Assembly (NCBI GenBank): GCA_964473025.1
Contig: CAYYMZ010000002.1
Span: forward strand, 3,241-67,240
From: an uncultured Candidatus Saccharibacteria bacterium
GTDB taxonomy: Bacteria > Patescibacteriota > UBA1384 > DTJR01
Length of the DNA stretch: 64,000 nucleotides
Direction: 5' to 3'
In this document: positions 57,284 to 64,000 of the stretch, in pieces
Numbering within the stretch: the first letter of the stretch is position 1
How the letters are laid out: the number at the start of each line of letters is the position of its first letter
The notes under the pieces: model-generated
What the model saw: only the letters and a program-made list of their open reading frames with translations
Database searches by the model: none
What the model was told of the DNA's origin: nothing
Program-made: the position numbers and the translations under genes

Positions 57284-57392
57284 TGCTGAGCTACACTACC
57301 GTAGCTACAGTGATATTTTACGCGCTCAACCTTAAAATGTAAAGTGTCTTTAACATAAAAACTTGCCGCCTTAGCAAGTTTTAGCTTAATTT

Positions 57393-57581
57393 TGGTGGGG
57401 TGTATGCCTACCAGCAGGGATTCGGTCACCCGCCGAAATCTGCTGATTTCGCGGTCGACCCCGTTTATTAATTCCCTGTCGGATTATTCGCGAGTTCCAC
57501 CCTCGCGAAGCGCGCCGTCGCGCTCCGGCCTTCTCATCCCACCCGCCAAAATGGCTCGCCCCCTTCGGGTGCAATCCATTT
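57393..57581 (-). repeat. tRNA-tail element 5 (host tRNA-fMet; distal tRNA copy degenerate)
   Basis: Core ggggtcg..aaatcagcagattt..gtgacc, CGACGG hairpin, mimic atcccacccgccaaaatgg pairing with the fMet 3' end. Confidence 0.8.
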
Positions 57582-57658
57582 TGGTAGCAGGGGTGGGATT
57601 CGAACCCACGACCTCAAGGTTATGAGCCTTGCGAGCTACCAGACTGCTCCACCCTGCG
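57582..57658 (-). tRNA. tRNA-fMet(CAU), initiator-type
   Basis: cgcagggtggagcagtctggtagctcgcaaggctcataaccttg...; unpaired first acceptor position; CCA. Confidence 0.93.
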
Positions 57659-57771
57659 CCAATTTAACAACTTCAAATAACTCTCTCACCACTAGGCCTA
57701 AAAATAGCACAAATGCCACAAAAAGTAAACCCCAACATCCATTAAATCAGGTTGGCGGGGCCAATCTTAAA

Positions 57772-58176
57772 TTAGGATCCGTCAAGTGCCTGATTCACAA
57801 GTTTGTCCGCCTCTTTATTTTGCTCGCGCCTGACGTGGCGGAAAACGACTGCGCCGCCAAGCTCCAAAACAAGCTCCCTTACCTCATAGTAGAGTTCTTT
57901 TAGGTTTGCATCCTTAACTTTATACTCCCCATTCAACTGCCGTGAAACTAGCTCTGAGTCCAAGTTTATTTCTATTGATTGGGGTTTGAATTTTTCTTTC
58001 GCTATTTTCAGGGCGCAAATCACGGCTCTATATTCAGCCACATTATTTGTCGCCTCGCCTATTCGTTCTTTGTGAGAGTGGATTTTTTTGTCATCGCTAA
58101 AAAAAACGACCCCGACTGCCGCCTCTCCCGGGTTACCGCGCGCACCCCCGTCTGTAAAAATTTTTAAATCATTCAT
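57772..58176 (-). CDS. rnhA: Ribonuclease HI family protein
   Basis: TDGGARGNPG, TNNVAEY.A, DSELV..Q..G.YKVK, HV.RE.N..AD.L. Confidence 0.93.
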   Translation of the reverse strand: MNDLKIFTDGGARGNPGEAAVGVVFFSDDKKIHSHKERIGEATNNVAEYRAVICALKIAKEKFKPQSIEINLDSELVSRQLNGEYKVKDANLKELYYEVRELVLELGGAVVFRHVRREQNKEADKLVNQALDGS

Positions 58177-58177
58177 T

Positions 58178-59164
58178 TTAGAGCCCACTACATTCACTAC
58201 CACAATATATACCGTAATCAAAGAGGCCGAGATAATTTCCGTTGTTTGAGGAATCAAGTTTTGCTTCAACTTTTCGCCGCGCTCCACCCGCCGATCCGAC
58301 CGATGAAATAATCAGGGTACCGGGTGCGTTTTGGGTTGGGATAAGCTTCTTATTTGTGGTTGCCTCAATGGCATAAAATATTGACCTTGATTGATCACTT
58401 GCGGGAGCACCTGTTATCCTGCCTGCCTTCTGTGCATTTGCGAGCAGATCCCTACTTCCGATCTGGGGCCTGATGCGAAGATGGCATGTGACATTTGTCA
58501 TTTGGCATTTAACGAAATCACCTATCTCAATCATATTTTTGCTCGGGTCGATATTAGTATCTTCCCAAATAAGCTGATTTTCACCCGAAAGTGTTGAAGA
58601 TGTGTCCACTAAGCGAACATTAATGGCTGTGAAATAATTGCTCGCAAGAGAGGTTGGCAATGGCGTGGTATTCGCATAAGGCGGGGTGAAATAAATTTTT
58701 ATATCAGTCAGAAGTTCGCCCGGACCCTGCGCTTTTGATGTAAAATAGGTCAGATCAATATCAACCGTGTCATCAATATTGATGCTCCTTGCTTTTGCGG
58801 GATCTAACAACAACTGGATAGATGCCCCAGATGCGATGCTCGATATATCGCCAACGCTTAATGAGTCGGTCTTAAAGCCAAGCCGGTATGATATTTCGGT
58901 GCCGCCTGCGTTTGGTATCGTCGTCTTGCCTAAATCGCCAAAGAGTTCCTGCGTCACGTTATCGGCCTTGGCGTATTTATACCTTAAAAGCCCGTCTTCG
59001 ATGCCGGAGAGGGCCGCCCTGTAGGCGAGTTTTCCGTCCCTAGATTGCGCGGACATTTGAGAAAATTGGCTCATCGCAACCGACGCACCGATAACCAGAC
59101 CTGACACAACTACTCCAAGCGCCAGAGCAACTAACAGAGCTGATGATTTATATTTTTTCATCAA
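58178..59164 (-). CDS. PilX-like minor pilin
   Basis: SALLVAL N-terminal helix, AY.AA.SGIEDGL, C-terminal SVG..G..RR..EA. Confidence 0.75.
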   Translation of the reverse strand: MMKKYKSSALLVALALGVVVSGLVIGASVAMSQFSQMSAQSRDGKLAYRAALSGIEDGLLRYKYAKADNVTQELFGDLGKTTIPNAGGTEISYRLGFKTDSLSVGDISSIASGASIQLLLDPAKARSINIDDTVDIDLTYFTSKAQGPGELLTDIKIYFTPPYANTTPLPTSLASNYFTAINVRLVDTSSTLSGENQLIWEDTNIDPSKNMIEIGDFVKCQMTNVTCHLRIRPQIGSRDLLANAQKAGRITGAPASDQSRSIFYAIEATTNKKLIPTQNAPGTLIISSVGSAGGARRKVEAKLDSSNNGNYLGLFDYGIYCGSECSGL

Positions 59165-59850
59165 AAATTACCCTCCCCATTTGACACTCTCAAAGAAAGA
59201 TAGGAAAAATTTTGGTCTTGGCTCGTCGGATTTTGAATATTGTACAGATTATCCTCCAGTACAACCGTAAATAGGTGCGAACTTTGATTGTTATTATTTT
59301 TGACGCCCCAAATTTTAAACGGCGTGGCCAAGCCCAAAGATGTTGGCGAGCCATAACAAGTTTGATTCCCCGTTTTTAAAAATTCGTTGGCAACCGGAAC
59401 GCTATCACCTTCAACGGGCAACGTGGCATCAGACCCATCTTTTCCAAATTCCCTAAAAAGATACTGCTGGCTTTTGTCTTTGTAGATGACTGAATATGAG
59501 CCGTCGGACAAAAACATAGCCAGGCCGGCAAACTGGATATCTTCCGTCGGAAGTTGCTCCAGCGACAAACTATCATTTGCGACATCAATGTCTTTAAATA
59601 AATAACCATCGCCTTGCCCTATAATTCCCATGATCCGAGGTTCTCTGTTGCTGTTGTTCACGCCACTTTCGACAAAATTCTGTAATATTTCCCGACACTC
59701 ACCGGTATTTTTCAAATCCCTTGCCCGATCATTTGCTTTTCGGATCATTCCAAACGAAGCCGCTGCCATCATTGCTACAAACATAAAAATAGACGATGCG
59801 ATCAGAATTTCGATCAAGCTAAATGATAGGATTTTTTTCATTTTTCCCAA
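59161..59850 (-). CDS. Type IV minor pilin (PilW-like)
   Basis: SFSLIEILIA N-methyl-Phe motif. Confidence 0.82.
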   Translation of the reverse strand: MGKMKKILSFSLIEILIASSIFMFVAMMAAASFGMIRKANDRARDLKNTGECREILQNFVESGVNNSNREPRIMGIIGQGDGYLFKDIDVANDSLSLEQLPTEDIQFAGLAMFLSDGSYSVIYKDKSQQYLFREFGKDGSDATLPVEGDSVPVANEFLKTGNQTCYGSPTSLGLATPFKIWGVKNNNNQSSHLFTVVLEDNLYNIQNPTSQDQNFSYLSLRVSNGEGNF

Positions 59851-60428
59851 GCGGTAAAATATTGCGTTATGACATAATGCTTTTCGTTTGAGCTTTCCGA
59901 TATATTAAATGCCGGTGACTCATCCCAGACAACATCAACCCTTACGAAACGACATACTTCAGGGGGAATATCATTATTTTCTGAACCTGAACATGAATTT
60001 TGCGGCTTTGAAACACTGACCTTGTATCGAAAGAAATCAGCAGAGTAAGGATTTGCCTTGCCCTTGAAGTCAAAATAAGCAAAACCCGTCTGGGAATATT
60101 TGGTGTTTGATTGATATGGCAAAATCGCGCCACCAGAAACACAATCCAATCCAAGCGCCTTGTATCCCTCGGTGTCGAAGCATTCAATCGGAAAAGAAGT
60201 TGCCGATGATGATAAATCAAAAGTAACCTGACCTAGTTCTTTGGCGGATGAAACCCGTTCCAAAATATCGTTTGAAATTTGACTGGCGATGGAATATGTA
60301 TCATTTTTCGTTGCAACTTTAATAGAACTCGAAGATAAGGCAACGGCCGCAGATAAAATCAAAACAATTACGACCGAGGCAATCAGCGCCTCTGTCAAGC
60401 CGAATGCTTTTAGTTTAATTTTCTTCAT
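59838..60428 (-). CDS. Type IV minor pilin (PilV-like)
   Basis: AFGLTEALIA, C-terminal V.V.V.W. Confidence 0.82.
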   Translation of the reverse strand: MKKIKLKAFGLTEALIASVVIVLILSAAVALSSSSIKVATKNDTYSIASQISNDILERVSSAKELGQVTFDLSSSATSFPIECFDTEGYKALGLDCVSGGAILPYQSNTKYSQTGFAYFDFKGKANPYSADFFRYKVSVSKPQNSCSGSENNDIPPEVCRFVRVDVVWDESPAFNISESSNEKHYVITQYFTAWEK

Positions 60429-60943
60429 GGCAATTGAGTTGCGGTTGCGCTAACCGACGATCCGTCTTCAATTACAGCAATTTCACCGGAAATTCCGATA
60501 CTTAAAGTCGCCTTAGTCGATGAGGAAAACGGGCGTTTCTGGGGCGTAAAGATAATATTTTTTTTTGCCCCGACATATTTACCAGACGGACTTTCGAAGT
60601 AAAGTGTTTCGAAGTTTCTCATCGTAGAGCCAGTTAAGGAAATTCTGTCTCCGCCACCAAGAAGTACGGGGCTGTCACTCGTAGGTATAAATTTATAAAT
60701 TTCAGCGTTTTTATCATTCTGCCAGATAACACCGTAACCTTTGGCATTTTCATCTTCGGGGTTTGCAGCATAATTTCTGGCCTTGGTGATCAAGGTACTC
60801 AAAAGTTCTGCATCCGCCTTGGCGGGTGAGGCGCCCGATGTTCTTGAAAAGATTACGATGGACGCACCGATCAGTAACAGCGCGATTGTGGTTGCAATCA
60901 AAAATTCAATTAAGGTGAAAGATTTTATCTTATCTCGCCACAT
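60425..60943 (-). CDS. Type IV minor pilin (FimT/GspH-like)
   Basis: SFTLIEFLIA, AR.YA, YGV. Confidence 0.82.
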   Translation of the reverse strand: MWRDKIKSFTLIEFLIATTIALLLIGASIVIFSRTSGASPAKADAELLSTLITKARNYAANPEDENAKGYGVIWQNDKNAEIYKFIPTSDSPVLLGGGDRISLTGSTMRNFETLYFESPSGKYVGAKKNIIFTPQKRPFSSSTKATLSIGISGEIAVIEDGSSVSATATQLP

Positions 60944-61448
60944 AATAAAGACAATCTTGGGTAGTTATACGTTTACCGCTAACGTATTTTTTCATTACAT
61001 CGGGGAGATCGGCATCCGTCGGTGACGTAACATTACAGAGGGACTTTTCCGCTTCAATTTTTTTGACGATAACCGCCGATCTTTGACCATCGCTCCCCAC
61101 CACATAATCATATCCGTAGCCGGTGCCACCTAGCGGATCCTGAGGAAACGGGCTTAAGTAATTCGCCAAGTCCGAGGCGATGTTTTTAATATCAGTAATA
61201 CAAAATTGTTCCACCCCAACTTGCTGAGGATAAGCACACCCTGGATCAGGATACTTTCTTTGGTGATCTAGTGCATACTGATCCAAGGCAACGGCAATAT
61301 TGTTGGCGTCGATTACTCTCTTCTCATCTCTCGCTTTCTTTTTCGAGTTAACTAAGCTTAAAGACACGAACGTGGTCAAAATCAAAATAACCGTCACAAC
61401 AACCATAAGTTCAACTAAGGTGAAAGATCTAAATTTACGATTTATCAT
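60930..61448 (-). CDS. Type IV pilin / GspG-like protein
   Basis: SFTLVELMVV, KARD.KR..D, AL..Y..D..KYP, P.DP. Confidence 0.9.
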   Translation of the reverse strand: MINRKFRSFTLVELMVVVTVILILTTFVSLSLVNSKKKARDEKRVIDANNIAVALDQYALDHQRKYPDPGCAYPQQVGVEQFCITDIKNIASDLANYLSPFPQDPLGGTGYGYDYVVGSDGQRSAVIVKKIEAEKSLCNVTSPTDADLPDVMKKYVSGKRITTQDCLYYVAR

Positions 61449-61455
61449 TATTCTC

Positions 61456-61595
61456 CCGGGTAGTGAAAATTTGACTATTTTTCACTACATTTTTTAATTT
61501 ATTTTATCCTTGAATTTTACAAAAAACTTAATCAGATGCTAAGCAATCTTGAAAAATAAATATTTTTCGTCAAATTCCTACTACCCGGCCTCCTT
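61456..61595 (-). promoter_or_regulatory. Conserved pilin leader, copy 1 (alternative stems next to AAGGAGG)
   Basis: Imperfect 20-bp inverted repeats at 61456-61475 and 61569-61588 plus competing local hairpin; paralogous to 62912-63046. Confidence 0.6.
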
Positions 61596-61636
61596 TGCTT
61601 TATTTACGCCTCATCCACAAACCGCCTAAACACAAT

Positions 61637-62392
61637 TTATAAACCCAAAACCTTAAGATAAATTTCCAACAAATTTCCCCCAAAGAATAACCCCGTAACG
61701 GTTCCTAACGCTAAAAACGGACCAAAGGGAATTTTATTTTCCTTTTTTCTGCCATGGGCCATCAGATAGATTATACCAAACAGAGCGCCTGCAAAAAATG
61801 CGATAAAGATTGCCAGAAGCGACTGCGGAAAAGAAATGATAATCCCCATCCAAACAGCAAAAAAAATATCGCCAAAGCCCATCCATTTTTCGCGGCTTAA
61901 GACAGCAAAACAAAGTGGTAAGGCGGCGCAAACAAGAACGGATAAAAGAAGATTTTCCACTCCGGCAATATTCAAGTTACCCCAAAGACGAAAAATTAAT
62001 GCGAGAATGATACCACAAACAAAAACCGGAAGGGCAACTTCTTGCGATTCGAAGTCGTTTAATGCCGCGACAATTAGAAGCGAAAGTGACAAAAACAAAA
62101 TTATTGAAGGGGCATTCAACCCAAGTGTTAAATAAACACCTAGCGCAATCATCGCGGATACTAACTCTGTCGCGGGATATTCAATCCCGATTGGTTTGCG
62201 ACAATACCGGCAGTGCCCGGCCAACACGAGATAGCTTAAAACAGGCATCAAATCCAAACCACCAAGCAAATGTCCGCATTTGGGGCATTTGCTCCGGCTT
62301 AAAATCAGAGAGTTTATGTCATCTAAGCGATAGCTGAAAGCAGTTAAAAAAGACCCCCAAACCAAACCCAAAACAATAATTAGCGCGATCAA
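61637..62392 (-). CDS. pilD: Prepilin peptidase
   Basis: GSFL, RS.CP.C...L...DL.PV.SY....G.CRYC, MGFGD, IPFGPFL. Confidence 0.95.
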   Translation of the reverse strand: MIALIIVLGLVWGSFLTAFSYRLDDINSLILSRSKCPKCGHLLGGLDLMPVLSYLVLAGHCRYCRKPIGIEYPATELVSAMIALGVYLTLGLNAPSIILFLSLSLLIVAALNDFESQEVALPVFVCGIILALIFRLWGNLNIAGVENLLLSVLVCAALPLCFAVLSREKWMGFGDIFFAVWMGIIISFPQSLLAIFIAFFAGALFGIIYLMAHGRKKENKIPFGPFLALGTVTGLFFGGNLLEIYLKVLGL

Positions 62393-62405
62393 GTGCCATC
62401 CTCGT

Positions 62406-62903
62406 TTAATTCCAGAAGCAACTTCCTACCGCGGCGTTCGGGTCCCCAAGGTTGCTCTTAGCATTGTTGCCAGTTACCCAGCATGCCTTGCTTCCCGCTT
62501 CGGAATTATATGATTCCGCTTGAATCTCATAATCGCCGGAGTCAAGGATTCGAACTAAAATCGGTTCGTTTTTTGCATCCTTCGGGACATTTACCAGAAG
62601 TTTTTTACCACCAGGACCATCGACTAAGTTGCTAAGTAAGGTAAAGGTCATTGGTACTCCAATCGATGGGGGAGTCCTTCCGTGGAAGGCGGCACCCGGC
62701 CCAGGACAGTCTTCGCATTTAATATAGTTATTAAGATAGATCTCGATTGCTTTCTGGGTTTCGGAAACCGAGTTTTTGGCGTTTGCATTAGACGCTTTTG
62801 CTCTCGCACCAGAAACAGCCACGAAAACTGCAACTGCCAAAATTCCAATGATAACAACAACGATCAAGAGTTCGATTAACGTAAAAGCTTTTTTTCCAAC
62901 CAT
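62406..62903 (-). CDS. Type IV pilin
   Basis: KKAFTLIELLIVVVIIGILA, AR.KA. Confidence 0.92.
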   Translation of the reverse strand: MVGKKAFTLIELLIVVVIIGILAVAVFVAVSGARAKASNANAKNSVSETQKAIEIYLNNYIKCEDCPGPGAAFHGRTPPSIGVPMTFTLLSNLVDGPGGKKLLVNVPKDAKNEPILVRILDSGDYEIQAESYNSEAGSKACWVTGNNAKSNLGDPNAAVGSCFWN

Positions 62904-62911
62904 GCGCCCTC

Positions 62912-63046
62912 CCAGGTAGTGAAAATTTGATTATTTTAATTCGCTACCGATTAATTTTTTATAAGTTTTATTGCGCCAGATATTCTTGCCTACGTCTTAT
63001 TGATAAGATATTCATATTTATCAAATTTCTACTTTCTGGCCTCCTT
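62912..63046 (-). promoter_or_regulatory. Conserved pilin leader, copy 2
   Basis: ccaggtagtgaaaatttgat ... atcaaatttctactttctgg-cctcctt; same layout as copy 1. Confidence 0.6.
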
Positions 63047-63092
63047 TTGGACATTTGTTAATTTAAATTATACTCCTTTTACAAAACTTGCG

Positions 63093-64000
63093 CTATTGAA
63101 TCGAGCTTGAAATTTGATAAATCGGAACAATGATGGCAAAAACGACCGTTCCGACTCCAAGACCGACAATTACCAGAAGAATCGGCTCCAGTAAACTGGT
63201 TATCAAAGTAATTTTTTTATTCGTCTCGTCTTCGTAGAGCTCTTCGAGCGATGCCATTACCTCGTCGAGTTTTCCCGTCTGCTCTCCGATTGCAACCATT
63301 TGCGATACAACGGCCGGAAACTCGGGTGCTTTAGACAAAGGCACGGACATCGGCACGCCTCTTTCCAGTTGGCTTGAAACGTTTTTGAGAATCGCCTCAT
63401 AAACCGGATTTCCTATAACATCCCCCACCGTTTCGATTGCCCCAATAATTGAAACACCCGCCTTAACCAACATAGATAACGTGCCGGAAAACCTGACCAT
63501 ATATAGACCGGTAAATAAATCCCTGATTACGGGAATGCTGATTAAGACACGGCCGTAAAACATTTTTCCAGCGGTACTTTGGGTGAAAAAATATCTCGCC
63601 CAAATAACGGCAAAGATGAGGACAACCAAAACAATCCAGCCGTAATTTAAGAAAAAACCCGCCGTACCAATAAGCGCCCTCGTCGCCCAAGGTAAAACCA
63701 TATTTGCATCCGAGAAAATTATCACCAATTTTGGGACAACCACAATCATCAAGACGATGGCGGCTATGATTATTACGATGATAATAAAGACGGGGTAAGC
63801 AATCGCGGCTTTAACGGAGGAAGAAAATTTGTATTCTTTTGACTCCTGCTCGGCCAAATTTTTAATTATTTCCTCAAATTTACCTGACGATTCCGCCGCT
63901 TTAATTGAAGAAATATAGACCTTGTTGAAAACCTTGGGATGCTTTGACAGGGCCAGGGAAAAAGTTTCGCCTTGTTCCAAGGCGGCAATGATATCTTTAA
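63093..64000 (-). CDS. pilC: Type IV pilus platform protein PilC/GspF (5' end beyond window)
   Basis: AE.SG, A.AYP, F..TL....AGV, QMVAIGEQTGKLD, LLEP. Confidence 0.95.
   Translation of the reverse strand, partial: KDIIAALEQGETFSLALSKHPKVFNKVYISSIKAAESSGKFEEIIKNLAEQESKEYKFSSSVKAAIAYPVFIIIVIIIAAIVLMIVVVPKLVIIFSDANMVLPWATRALIGTAGFFLNYGWIVLVVLIFAVIWARYFFTQSTAGKMFYGRVLISIPVIRDLFTGLYMVRFSGTLSMLVKAGVSIIGAIETVGDVIGNPVYEAILKNVSSQLERGVPMSVPLSKAPEFPAVVSQMVAIGEQTGKLDEVMASLEELYEDETNKKITLITSLLEPILLVIVGLGVGTVVFAIIVPIYQISSSIQ

Larger units (their letters stand above)
57074..57300 (-). pseudogene. Outer tRNA-Met(CAU) disrupted in the D-loop by two insertions
   Basis: 5' ggtagtgtagctcagc (57285-57300), gtta (57163-57166), 3' gagcgagggaatcataacccctaggtcacaggttcgaatccggtcactaccacca (57074-57128). 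Confidence 0.88.

Noticed and set aside
7815-62879. Numerous 60-160 aa antisense or shadow ORFs inside housekeeping genes
   Set aside because: They lie opposite or within well-supported CDSs and lack motifs.
1-64000. Alternative genetic code (UGA=Gly)
   Set aside because: Conserved genes are full length under code 11 and several end in TGA.

Overview
Ordinary-looking chromosome segment of a Patescibacteria/CPR-like bacterium (standard genetic code; phylum inferred from gene content). It carries ruvB, ftsEX with a CHAP hydrolase, polX, secA, serS, greA, mrdA-mreBCD-mltG, ruvX, an ftsA-like gene, a short alaS, rpsA, secG, sortase, comM, miaA, glmS, rsmA, pcrA, ftsH, rnhA and a type IV pilus cluster, plus 9 intact tRNA genes. 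The unusual signal is non-coding and centred on the tRNAs. (1) A family of five structured elements (about 140-190 bp) lies downstream of different tRNAs. Each has a conserved covarying core, an antisense mimic of its own host tRNA 3' end and (exact in four, degenerate in one) a direct copy of tRNA positions 56-76. (2) Two 'Russian-doll' loci have an intact tRNA bounded by CCCCGTTAA/TTAACGGGG-type inverted repeats sitting inside a disrupted tRNA of the same amino-acid type (Leu in Leu, Met in Met). (3) GIY-YIG and LAGLIDADG-like genes abut tRNAs. There are also in-frame palindromic insertions in housekeeping genes, a second repeated structured intergenic element, and a switch-like leader repeated before two pilin genes. 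All calls were made by eye; no searches were run.
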